Positions 43,062 to 51,628 of a stretch of DNA of 64,000 nt are shown here, piece after piece. Where the stretch lies: IMG/VR virus record IMGVR_UViG_3300030361_000024. One strand, 5' to 3'. The notes below the pieces were generated by a model, which saw only the letters and a list, made by a program, of their open reading frames with translations, searched no databases and was not told where the DNA came from. This DNA is from a virus. The translations under genes were made by a program, and so were the position numbers. Each line of letters opens with the position of its first letter. Position 1 is the first letter of the stretch.

Positions 43062-44213
43062 TTAGAGCTTGCCGAGTTTCGCCAGCTTTTCGTTGATTTC
43101 TCGGATCTCCATTTGCACCCGGTCAGACTTGTATTCTTCCTTGTCTGTCAGGATGAGACCCATCAACTCTTTCTTGCGATCCTCAAGACCTCGCATACCA
43201 GCGGCGGTATCGCCAGCATACATTGCCACGCCGCCCAGTTGGTCAACAGCAGGCCCAGCCAGAAGGCGCAACAGGTTAGCGTTGTCCATCAGATAAGACC
43301 CGTCAGCCATACGCGCAGACCGCAGTTCCTTCGCGCCATCACCGCCAATCGTGTTATCCAGCAGCGCCCGGATAGCATTCAGGTTGCCATCGTATTCCTT
43401 GCCCCACTCATTGGTCAGGGATGCGACTGTTTCAGCCTGGGTTTCGTCGGCAGTCTGGTTCATCGCCTGCCGCTGGCTTTCGGCAAAGGACTCGTACCAC
43501 TCAATAGTTTTCTGCGCATACTGAGGCGGCACATGGTTTTCATGCATGAACTCGCGGTAGGTATCCAGAACCGGCGCGTCTGCATCGGAGGATTCAAAGC
43601 TTTCGCCAAACTCTACCTTATAATCAGATACGTCCTCTGGAATGTTCAAGCGCTTGCGATATTCAGCCAGCTCTTCATCCGTGGGATTGTCTGGCAGTTC
43701 AGGTGCCATCTGGTTTTCTTTTTGCAGGCGGCTAATCTCTTGGCGTTGCTTTGCAAATGCATTGGCTAGGGCTTGTGCGGAACGGTAGCGTCCGAGAAGC
43801 TTCTGCAGCATCTCGTTATCACCAGCCATGAAGTCACGAATGTCGGTCCACTCTAGGGACGGCGCTGCTGCCTCTTCAGGTTCAGCTTCTTCCGCCTTTG
43901 ATTCGGCTTCTTCCTCGGATACTTGTTCTTCCGTTTCAGCTTCCGGCTCCTTTTCAGGTTCAGCTTCAGTCGTATCTTCAAGTGTGCCGGTATCGTCGCC
44001 TGTGTCAACAACCTTATCAGCTTCAGCCGCTTCGGATTCTACTGCCTCAGCTTCCGGCTCAGGCTCTGGTGCTTTCTGTGGTTGGTTCAGCAGGGATGCG
44101 CGCTCAGGTGCCGCCTCTGGTGCTGGGGCGGTTTCAGTGGATACAGGTGCTTCTGTCGAAACCTGTGCTTCTGCCTGCGGTGCGTCCGCTACTGCTTGTG
44201 TTGCTTCTGTCAT
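43062..44213 (-). CDS. scaffolding protein (383 aa)
   Basis: Very acidic Glu/Ala/Pro-rich low-complexity N-terminal half and a helical C-terminal half, between portal and capsid. Confidence 0.7.
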   Translation of the reverse strand: MTEATQAVADAPQAEAQVSTEAPVSTETAPAPEAAPERASLLNQPQKAPEPEPEAEAVESEAAEADKVVDTGDDTGTLEDTTEAEPEKEPEAETEEQVSEEEAESKAEEAEPEEAAAPSLEWTDIRDFMAGDNEMLQKLLGRYRSAQALANAFAKQRQEISRLQKENQMAPELPDNPTDEELAEYRKRLNIPEDVSDYKVEFGESFESSDADAPVLDTYREFMHENHVPPQYAQKTIEWYESFAESQRQAMNQTADETQAETVASLTNEWGKEYDGNLNAIRALLDNTIGGDGAKELRSARMADGSYLMDNANLLRLLAGPAVDQLGGVAMYAGDTAAGMRGLEDRKKELMGLILTDKEEYKSDRVQMEIREINEKLAKLGKL

Positions 44214-44238
44214 GTGTCTTACCTCAAACTAAAGAAAC

Positions 44239-44658
44239 TTAGGATTTTGATGATGGGAGTTTGTTGGCGGGTTTACGGCGTGGCCCTTTAATTTCGGGCT
44301 TGGGCGCAACGCTGGATCGTTCAGTTGTGATCCGCTGAATTGTCACGTCCGCAAAGTCGCTGTGGTGTAGGATCTGCGAACCAACATGCCGCATTCCTTG
44401 GCAGAAGTCGGATTCCCTACGTCCATCCTCGCCATCCAAATAAAAGCCATTGTCAGGCAGTCGGGCGATGCTATAAACGATTGCGTCAATAGCTTGCTTC
44501 TGCTGCTCTGGGTTTGCGATGCCCTTCCGACAATTGGCGATTGCCCGAACATCGGAAATGCTGAGTTGCCCCACAACGCGAACACGCACAGGGTCATCAA
44601 CAACCGATACCGGCTCTGAAGGTCGTCTGAGAGTTGGTTTCTGTTTCGTCATATTCAC
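44239..44658 (-). CDS. hypothetical protein (139 aa)
   Basis: Clean ORF between portal and scaffold. Confidence 0.55.
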   Translation of the reverse strand: MNMTKQKPTLRRPSEPVSVVDDPVRVRVVGQLSISDVRAIANCRKGIANPEQQKQAIDAIVYSIARLPDNGFYLDGEDGRRESDFCQGMRHVGSQILHHSDFADVTIQRITTERSSVAPKPEIKGPRRKPANKLPSSKS

Positions 44659-44676
44659 CCCTAAAACAAAATTGGG

Positions 44677-46368
44677 TTACTGGATTCCACCGCCCCCGGT
44701 GACTTGCTGGAGCTGCTGAGCCACGCCAACAGCTTCACTTGCGACTTGCGCGCCTTGCTGGAGCTGCTGAAGGGCCTGCTGCTGTTGTTGCAGTTGCGCT
44801 TCGTCCTGCTTGATCTTGTCCGCTTCCTCTTTGGTGAACAGCCATTCGGGGTTAGCTGTAACCTTGAAGGTGTCACGGAACATCCGGTCAACGTTCACAT
44901 TAGCAACCACGCCAGGGTCAAGCTGTGCCATCGCCCCGATAATCGCCATAGACTCCTCAAACTTGCCAACAACCTGCTGTTCCCGTGCATCCCTCAGAGG
45001 GTTCTGGAACTCAAAGCTGGTATCCATATCCTGCAAGATTTCAGGGAAGCTCTCAGCGGTGCCGTATGCGCCAAGTTTGATCAGGCGATTGACGACAAGA
45101 TCCAGCTCAGGCGCGATGACCTCGTTTTCCAGAGGCTCAAAGATTGGCAGGGTGCTACGGATGAACTCCTGCTGAAGAATCCGAACCTCTGTCGCTGTCC
45201 TGTTGCGGGTGTCAGGAAGGTTGATCTTGTCCAGATAGAAGCTGGATGTCAGATCTGCCACCTTGCGATCCATGAGCGCTTGCCCGACGCCGGGGTTCTT
45301 GCCCAGATCCAGAGGCACAAGAGGCGCGCCAAGTCGCTCATCGTACTGCGCGTCAACGTAAGTGACCCCGCCAGCAGTGACATCAATCGGGCCTTGGATA
45401 GCCTCAGACGTTGCAATCAGCGGCGGCTCAGTTGCCTTTTCCGTTGCCTCAATAATCGAGACAGCCATACGCTGAATGAGACGCGCGTCAGGCAGGGCAG
45501 TCATAGCAGCAGGGGAGTAGCCATAGGACCACCCCTGAACAGTGCGCCAGCGGGAAACGATATAGGGGAATACGGTCTCAGGCTCTTCTTTCAGAACCGT
45601 GCCATCTTCAAACAGATAGACCGATGCGAACTCTGTGCCTTTCGGGAAGCTCTTGCGCATAACCGGCTCATACTGGTCAACAGGCAAGGCCACGTGGCGA
45701 ACATCAAACTTGTCGTTACGGTCTCCCCGCTTCAGCGCGCCCTTAACCGCACTTGGCAGGTTTCTCTCTCCGAATTTCTTCTCAATACCACCCGCTGTCA
45801 TCTTCATCTTGCGGTGCAGGTGGTCAACAATACCCCAGTCATTCTCCATCCAAGCGCAGTCTTTCAGGTGCCACGTCTTGAAGAAAATGCCGTTGTTGTC
45901 TTTGTTATTCGTTACGGATTTGACAGAGCAGCCGAATACCGCAAAGTCAATATCAGCCTCTGAGTTGGCCCGCGTGTATTTAGCGTCTGCCGCATAGATA
46001 GCCGCGCGGGTAATGCGGGTCATCGCGTCAAGTTTACGCCGTGCCTCAGTGTCGTTCTTCACCTCTTCGTCGGGAACGGTGACAGCAAACCAATCCTGGT
46101 CAGCAGGGCGCAACATAGTGTTAAACAGGTTGGCTAGGTCTCGTGCGACCCTGACAGTATCAGCGTCTGACAGGTGGTCTGCAAATTCCTCGCCAAGTGT
46201 GATTTCGTTGGTGAAGTCTGCCTTCTCTGGAGCAAACCAGTATGCCAGTTCTTGATTCAACTGGTCGAAGTTTTGCTTGTCGGAAAACAGCTTGTCGCCG
46301 AGAGCGATCAATTCACTCCCGACCTTGCACGGATAGCCGCGTGTATGGTTCTCGTTATTGTCAGCCAT
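44677..46368 (-). CDS. portal (head-tail connector) protein (563 aa)
   Basis: Size and position upstream of scaffold and capsid, with a C-terminal Gln-rich tail (QLQQQQQALQQLQQ). Confidence 0.8.
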   Translation of the reverse strand: MADNNENHTRGYPCKVGSELIALGDKLFSDKQNFDQLNQELAYWFAPEKADFTNEITLGEEFADHLSDADTVRVARDLANLFNTMLRPADQDWFAVTVPDEEVKNDTEARRKLDAMTRITRAAIYAADAKYTRANSEADIDFAVFGCSVKSVTNNKDNNGIFFKTWHLKDCAWMENDWGIVDHLHRKMKMTAGGIEKKFGERNLPSAVKGALKRGDRNDKFDVRHVALPVDQYEPVMRKSFPKGTEFASVYLFEDGTVLKEEPETVFPYIVSRWRTVQGWSYGYSPAAMTALPDARLIQRMAVSIIEATEKATEPPLIATSEAIQGPIDVTAGGVTYVDAQYDERLGAPLVPLDLGKNPGVGQALMDRKVADLTSSFYLDKINLPDTRNRTATEVRILQQEFIRSTLPIFEPLENEVIAPELDLVVNRLIKLGAYGTAESFPEILQDMDTSFEFQNPLRDAREQQVVGKFEESMAIIGAMAQLDPGVVANVNVDRMFRDTFKVTANPEWLFTKEEADKIKQDEAQLQQQQQALQQLQQGAQVASEAVGVAQQLQQVTGGGGIQ

Positions 46369-46387
46369 TAGCAGCCCCGTGTGTTAA

Positions 46388-46573
46388 TCAGCCGAGAGTG
46401 GTTCGGCTAAACTCTGCGGCACCCTGAGACGGGCGATCTACAAGAGTTGTTTGGCGGGTTCCGCTCTGGGATACTGCCCGCTGTTGCGCGCGACGGCGAA
46501 CCTTCTCAAGCTCTGCCTCATCCGGCAGCGGCGCGGGCTTGGGAGGTGGTGGAGTTTTGAAAAGACCAGACAT
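46388..46573 (-). CDS. hypothetical Pro/Arg-rich small protein (61 aa)
   Basis: ORF immediately upstream of the portal gene. It starts 18 nt after a palindrome copy. Confidence 0.45.
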   Translation of the reverse strand: MSGLFKTPPPPKPAPLPDEAELEKVRRRAQQRAVSQSGTRQTTLVDRPSQGAAEFSRTTLG

Positions 46574-46591
46574 AAGATTTCCCGAATTTAC

Positions 46592-46603
46592 TTGTCATGT
46601 TAA
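46592..46603. promoter_or_regulatory. late-region palindrome copy (TTGTCATGTTAA)
   Basis: 10 of 12 match, directly after the terminator at 46612-46644. Confidence 0.4.
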
Positions 46604-46611
46604 GTATTACC

Positions 46612-46644
46612 ATAAAAAAAGGCCCCAATCCAGTGGAAAGGGGC
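46612..46644 (-). terminator. intrinsic terminator
   Basis: The minus strand reads GCCCC-N13-GGGGC followed by CTTTTTTTAT. Confidence 0.65.
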
Positions 46645-46670
46645 TGTAAGTACATTAGAGGCAGTCAGGC

Positions 46671-47012
46671 TTAGTCGGTATGGCTTTCGTTAAGACCAAG
46701 AGCAGATAGGACGCGACGGGCGTAGTCTTTTTGAGCGGCGGCTTTGGCGGCTTCCTTTGTTTCGTGTTCAGATACTTGCTCCATGCCAACCAATACACCG
46801 CCAAGCATCCATTTGCCGTAGGCATTTTCATACATACGGTATTCTGCATTGGCTGCAGATGTGGGATCTTTTGCGAACGTACCGTATTTGTCGGTGCACC
46901 ATTCTAGATCCATGCTTTCAGCGATAACTGAGAGGATAGCGTCGGCGGCCTCGGATGGGTGATGATTGCGGTATTCTCTAATGGTTTGTTCTATTTTGTC
47001 ACGTAGGTTCAT
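46671..47012 (-). CDS. hypothetical protein (113 aa)
   Basis: Track ORF 46671..47339 trimmed to Met110 (ATG 47012) behind a GGAGG RBS. The upstream part overlaps the SleB-like gene and is Arg/Leu/Ser-rich nonsense. Confidence 0.6.
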   Translation of the reverse strand: MNLRDKIEQTIREYRNHHPSEAADAILSVIAESMDLEWCTDKYGTFAKDPTSAANAEYRMYENAYGKWMLGGVLVGMEQVSEHETKEAAKAAAQKDYARRVLSALGLNESHTD

Positions 47013-47016
47013 TTTG

Positions 47017-47421
47017 TTACCTCCACGGCGTGTCATTAGTGAAGAAGCAGTTGCCGCCGATACATCCGTCAAACTCATACTCACTTTCCCAGAATTGAGG
47101 CTTTCCCTCAGTCCGAAAGTGCGTTGACGTGATCTCCAGCCCATTGCCTGACAGCGCGTCCTCTGCCACGGCAACCGCTGCGTCCCATGCCCATTCGTCA
47201 GGTGCGCCATTAGTCTTTGGCTTGGGCGCAGTCTTGTCAACGATAGAGGCCCAAGGGAACTGATTATCCGCAAACACAACCCCGCAGGCTGTATCCGCAT
47301 AGCGCTCATCCTCAACCCGGTTCTGAACAACAGCGACAACAGCCGCCATTGCGTCAGGGGTTTGGTAGTGTTCGCGTGACTCGAAGAAAGCCGCCAAGGC
47401 CAAACAGGTAAGAGGTGTCAT
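47017..47421 (-). CDS. SleB-like cell-wall hydrolase (134 aa)
   Basis: LALAAFFESREHYQTPDAMAAVVAVVQNRVEDERYADTACGVVFADNQF matches the Hydrolase_2/SleB signature. Confidence 0.7.
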   Translation of the reverse strand: MTPLTCLALAAFFESREHYQTPDAMAAVVAVVQNRVEDERYADTACGVVFADNQFPWASIVDKTAPKPKTNGAPDEWAWDAAVAVAEDALSGNGLEITSTHFRTEGKPQFWESEYEFDGCIGGNCFFTNDTPWR

Positions 47422-47915
47422 GCTCGCTCGCTTTCTCTGTGTGCAGTGCCGCCGAAGTTCATCAGATTGTAATAGTCGCGCAAGTACTGCTCGTTGTCAG
47501 TTTTCGTGATGTAGCAACCAAACCTAGCGCCACTCCGAAAGAAACGTTTATCTACCGTAGTGGTTTCTGACCACTTATAGCCAAACACCTCAAACTTATC
47601 CTCAAGGTACATTTGCACGGCGTTCATTCGCTGCTGACCGTCAATAAGAAGGTTGTTGTACTTGCTGCCGTATAGGCGATTGAAGGTGTAGGTGCCTACT
47701 GGCAATCCAAGCCAGAGGCTTTCAATCAGTCTGACGTTTTGATCTTTTGTCCATACAAGCCCGCGCTGCCAGTCCGGAAGAAAATACCCCATGACGCTTC
47801 GCAGTCCCTGAGTATTTTCCTCTTCTTGATCCTCATAATGCATCATTGCCTCGCCAATACATGCATCAAATCTATGACCTAGATCCATTGTTTTAGGCAT
47901 CACGCGCTTGCTCAT
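47418..47915 (-). CDS. DUF262 / ParB-like nuclease-domain protein (165 aa)
   Basis: Trimmed to Met14 (ATG 47915) behind AAGGAGAG. Motifs FLPDWQRGLVW and LIDGQQRMNAV (DGQQR) are present. It lies directly downstream of terL. Confidence 0.7.
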   Translation of the reverse strand: MSKRVMPKTMDLGHRFDACIGEAMMHYEDQEEENTQGLRSVMGYFLPDWQRGLVWTKDQNVRLIESLWLGLPVGTYTFNRLYGSKYNNLLIDGQQRMNAVQMYLEDKFEVFGYKWSETTTVDKRFFRSGARFGCYITKTDNEQYLRDYYNLMNFGGTAHRESERA

Positions 47916-47970
47916 CTCATCTCTCCTTTTCCTGCATCCAACATACATCCTCAAGTGGTGGCGTCAACAC

Positions 47971-50820
47971 TTATTTGCGACCTTTCCCGCGCAGTCTGTC
48001 CAATCGGTTGTTGCCCTTGCGTAGATTGGACGTGCCACCAAGGATGCGTTGGGGCTGATGTGCCGCCATCTGCTCCCGCATTTGTGCAACCCGTGGCTTC
48101 CTCAGTCCTACCGCGTGTGAGTAGTGCAGCATGATTGTGGTGTCTGCTTTGTCAGGGGACCGGCCAAGGCGTTCCTTGACTTTATCCTTCGGCTCTAGCT
48201 CAACCACCTGCTGCGCCACAGACGATGCGCCAGACTTCCATTCTTTGACACGGAAAGCACACAGTTCAACCAGCAATTCAGGATCTGGGGGGAGGGCAAT
48301 ATCATCGCCATTGTTCGGATCAAGCGCGTCACGCAGCGCCCACAGTGCCTCAGCTTTGAAGTTGCGGAATTTGTACAGCCCGTTGCGAGAGGGTCGCGTT
48401 GACTTGGTGGATGATACAAAGCCGTAGCATTCAATCCCAGCCTCTGCCAGCTTGGTAAGGGCATCACCACCGTAACCGCCACCAGCATCGACAACCACCC
48501 GGCACTGTCCTTTGACCTGCTTCATGATCTCAGAAGCGGCTGTCATTCCGTCTGGGGTTTGCGATCCTGGAACAGTGTGGAAATGTCCGAACCATGCCCC
48601 GTGCCGTGCTTGTACAACAGTCCTATCTGCACCGCCCTGTGCGATGTCAGAGGCAACGGCAGTCATCGGAATATCGTCAGGCGGAGTGTCGATCCACCGG
48701 GCCTGTGCCAAGCGTACCCACTCGGAGGGGATGACTTGTTTCTCATCGTCTTCTTGGTCTGCGGTAAAGTCGCCATACAGCAGCTGGGAACGCAGAGGCT
48801 CAGGCAACGCCATGACGCGCGCCTTGTAGCCCTTGTCATTGGCTAGGTACGGATTGTCAGCAACAAGAGACGGGATGAATGTTCGGCTCATGGCAATATA
48901 CGGCTCACCGTCTACGATATGCTCACCGGGGCCATCAACCCAAACCGTCTTGCCCCTTACGATAATAGACCACCGCAGTTCACCCGGTTGTGCGCGCTGC
49001 GTCCGCTCCGCCTTGATCCACGGGTCAAACTCTTCTAACAGCCATTGCCCGTCACCACCTCGCGGCGGGTTGGTGCCTAGGATAATTCGGCATCGTTGGT
49101 CTGGTCGAGTAGTACGAAGCCAAGCAAACAGGGAGAACACCTGCTCTTTTAGGAACTCGCCAGCCTCATCAAACGCCATATAGTCCCGCGCGTTACCGGC
49201 GTGTTTTCGCCAGTCGTCGGCTTGCTGAAGGCCCGCAAACTTTAGGCTTTTCCCATCCCCCCATGTCCAAAGCTTCTCGACTTTGTTGTAACTTGCATCG
49301 GGAATTTTTTCAAAGACCTCATGAGAGAACGCAATCAGACCATCAAGCTGCGTGGCTTCACGGCGGAAGATGATGCCAGTGTGATGATACAGGGACGGAC
49401 ACCCGACCTCAAGCGCACTATTGTGAGTGACGATGAAGCTATCGCCCAAGCAATAACTGTGATCAGCGTTATCAACTTGGATACACTGCATAGGGACAGG
49501 CTCAACCGGCTGCACGTCTGCGATGTACCGGCGCAAAACGTACTCAGGTTTCGGCGTCAGGTTCTGCAACTTCGCCTTCCTCGGCAGGTTAAAAACCCTC
49601 TTGTCAGTGTTGAATTTCAGTCTGTAGTGATCATTGTGTCTGCTGTTCTTTTTGCTCAGCTCTTTCACTTTGATCGTGCTTTTAATTCCAAGCGTTCCAA
49701 GAAGTCTGTGGACATCCTCAATAAGATCCTTGTCTGAAAAGGACACCTCACAATCACCTCTGCCACGGCAGGCGGTTCCGTCTGTATCCATAAGCCCGCG
49801 AAGCAAGTTGAGCCTCTGCTCATGCGAAGAGCTGAAATATACTTCCGGGATTCTCTTTATGACGAACTCGTTTTCTGACTTACTCCAATCTGTCTCCAGC
49901 AAACGGAACAGATCTTTCCCTAAGTCTTTAGAATGCGCGGCCAGCATTTTCCTTCCTGGACGTTTCATCTCCTTGTATGAAAAGTCATAGACGTCTAGGT
50001 ATGGCTTAAGCACTTGCAAGTCGTCATCCAGCATGGCGATTCTAGAGTGGTATTTATCACCATCTCCGAGCCAGATGCCAAACACATATGGATCAATTGG
50101 CAAGTCAGCGCTTGGAAGCTGAATAGGCTTCATCACTTGAACGCTATGATTTTTCTCACCCCTTTTAGACGTAAGGGTTTCAAAAATCTCTTGCGTGGTT
50201 CGCGCCGATGGCCTTGGAGGCTCACTGTAGTTATATTTCCTCAGTGAGTTATTTTTCTTTGTAGTGTCGCTTTGCAACTTCCCCTTTGATGGGTTGGACT
50301 TCGCACGGCTCGGGCGGCTAGCCTTTCTAGCTTCCCTAAACTCAGGAGTTTTTCTAGATGCGCTTTTGCGCTCTGCGCTGGTCATTGTGATCCACTCGTG
50401 GCGAGCATCACAAATGAAGCTTTCACCCGTGTTGAATGTAACACGATATGCAACGTCTGGGGTGAACACCTCAGATTTAGCAACGACATTTGTTGGAAGC
50501 CCATCCGAGCCAAACACCACGTCACCGACCTTCAAAGTCTCCATGGTTTGCGGGCCTCGATTCGCTGTGTTGATTTTTGTGTTTAAAATCAAGGCCTTGC
50601 CGCCACCACTACCCCCGCCAAAGAGGAGAATATCCGCCTCACTCAGCAACGCATCTGTCTGCGCTCCGGGGTTTGGGATAAACGGCGCTGTTCCGATAGC
50701 TGCGTCTACCGTCTCCTCAAGCTCTTTTCTGGCTTCGGGCGGCATTGCGTCGAGGATTTTCAGGAGTTCATCAATATCCATGTAGGGCCTGCAAACAAAG
50801 AAATAGGTTGCTTGGACCAT
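47971..50820 (-). CDS. terL: terminase large subunit, intein-containing
   Basis: Walker A is split as FGGGSGGGK | intein | S. Walker B is YMAFDEAGEF. The nuclease half is intact. The mature protein is about 557 aa, or about 544 aa if translation starts at Met14 (ATG 50781). Confidence 0.9.
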   Translation of the reverse strand: MVQATYFFVCRPYMDIDELLKILDAMPPEARKELEETVDAAIGTAPFIPNPGAQTDALLSEADILLFGGGSGGGKALILNTKINTANRGPQTMETLKVGDVVFGSDGLPTNVVAKSEVFTPDVAYRVTFNTGESFICDARHEWITMTSAERKSASRKTPEFREARKASRPSRAKSNPSKGKLQSDTTKKNNSLRKYNYSEPPRPSARTTQEIFETLTSKRGEKNHSVQVMKPIQLPSADLPIDPYVFGIWLGDGDKYHSRIAMLDDDLQVLKPYLDVYDFSYKEMKRPGRKMLAAHSKDLGKDLFRLLETDWSKSENEFVIKRIPEVYFSSSHEQRLNLLRGLMDTDGTACRGRGDCEVSFSDKDLIEDVHRLLGTLGIKSTIKVKELSKKNSRHNDHYRLKFNTDKRVFNLPRKAKLQNLTPKPEYVLRRYIADVQPVEPVPMQCIQVDNADHSYCLGDSFIVTHNSALEVGCPSLYHHTGIIFRREATQLDGLIAFSHEVFEKIPDASYNKVEKLWTWGDGKSLKFAGLQQADDWRKHAGNARDYMAFDEAGEFLKEQVFSLFAWLRTTRPDQRCRIILGTNPPRGGDGQWLLEEFDPWIKAERTQRAQPGELRWSIIVRGKTVWVDGPGEHIVDGEPYIAMSRTFIPSLVADNPYLANDKGYKARVMALPEPLRSQLLYGDFTADQEDDEKQVIPSEWVRLAQARWIDTPPDDIPMTAVASDIAQGGADRTVVQARHGAWFGHFHTVPGSQTPDGMTAASEIMKQVKGQCRVVVDAGGGYGGDALTKLAEAGIECYGFVSSTKSTRPSRNGLYKFRNFKAEALWALRDALDPNNGDDIALPPDPELLVELCAFRVKEWKSGASSVAQQVVELEPKDKVKERLGRSPDKADTTIMLHYSHAVGLRKPRVAQMREQMAAHQPQRILGGTSNLRKGNNRLDRLRGKGRK
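49420..50595 (-). mobile_element. class-3-type intein with LAGLIDADG endonuclease inside terL (392 aa, aa 76-467)
   Basis: It starts with Ala (ALILNTKINT) and ends FIVTHN followed by Ser+1. The WCT triad is present: Trp143 two residues after block-B His141, Cys446 in block F (MQCIQV) and Thr465 in block G. Endonuclease motifs are FGIWLGDGD and LLRGLMDTDGT. Confidence 0.85.
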
Positions 50821-50851
50821 ACCAGATATTGTTGTGGATGTTAAGAGAAAG

Positions 50852-50979
50852 CCCGGACCATTAGCCGCCAGGGTCCGGGTACTGGCATCATCAAGCCTGC
50901 GGAGAGGAGAGGAGGAGAGACGCAGGCGATAGCTATGAAGTTACAATAGGTGTTTGTCAGGTCGAGTGCAACACCTATT
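50852..50979. other. cluster of three stem-loops plus a 19-nt all-purine loop upstream of terL
   Basis: Stems are 50852-50859/50872-50879 (8 bp), 50895-50901/50921-50927 (7 bp, loop GAGAGGAGAGGAGGAGAGA) and 50945-50954/50970-50979 (10 bp). Confidence 0.5.
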
Positions 50980-51130
50980 TGATCCGCGCACTTCCCCAAA
51001 CGCTTGCAGCCGTACTGGCTAGGAGGCCGGACTTAACGCTAGGCCATTGCAGCCAGTCTGGCAGCTTCAGGATGAGCGGCTTGGCGTTGGGTTTCATGTG
51101 GTATTTAATTCTGTCTTCTGTCGTAACCAT
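50975..51130 (-). CDS. possible 51-aa micro-ORF between the Dam-like gene and terL
   Basis: GGAG RBS. It reads MVTTEDRIKYHMKPNAKPLILKLPDWLQWPSVKSGLLASTAASVWGSARIK. Its 3' end runs into the 10-bp hairpin. Confidence 0.3.
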   Translation of the reverse strand: MVTTEDRIKYHMKPNAKPLILKLPDWLQWPSVKSGLLASTAASVWGSARIK

Positions 51131-51133
51131 TGA

Positions 51134-51616
51134 TTATTTCTCCAGTGATGTAAAAACTGCGCCTAGACTTTTAGCTTTCATTAGCGCCAATTTCGCTTTG
51201 TATCCCGCTGCTAGTAGTGTTGTTCCCGTTCCAGGTGATTGACCAACAGATCCGTCTGGTCGTTCAAACTTTATCTTTGGAGACATAAACAAGACTGCAT
51301 CTGCCATCGGTGCAAACTCCTGCCACCACGGCGCTGATGTTCGATCAGGGAGCAAGGCAATGCCGTTGCCGTGATCAAAAAACTTGCTCAGCCAAAGCCG
51401 CTTGGTGGACTGGTGTCCAAATGGAGGGTTCATCCAGACAAAGCCGGTCCATTCCCGTTCCAACGATTTCTCCGAATAAAAGGAGTTGGCCGGGACGTAC
51501 CGTGGCCCTTCGGGTGGACTGGCAACATCCAGATCAAAACGCACACCTAGCGCATGAAAGATATATGCCGGGGTGTACCATTCGTCGCTTTCTCCTGCTT
51601 TCTCATATGCTGCCAT
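51134..51616 (-). CDS. phage Dam-type N6-adenine DNA methyltransferase (160 aa)
   Basis: Motifs are DEWYTPAYIF, DLDVASP and WTGFVWMNPPFG, and the protein ends with an ...IKFERPDG-type pattern typical of the small phage N6A methyltransferase family. Confidence 0.8.
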   Translation of the reverse strand: MAAYEKAGESDEWYTPAYIFHALGVRFDLDVASPPEGPRYVPANSFYSEKSLEREWTGFVWMNPPFGHQSTKRLWLSKFFDHGNGIALLPDRTSAPWWQEFAPMADAVLFMSPKIKFERPDGSVGQSPGTGTTLLAAGYKAKLALMKAKSLGAVFTSLEK

Positions 51617-51628
51617 ATTTAAAGACCT

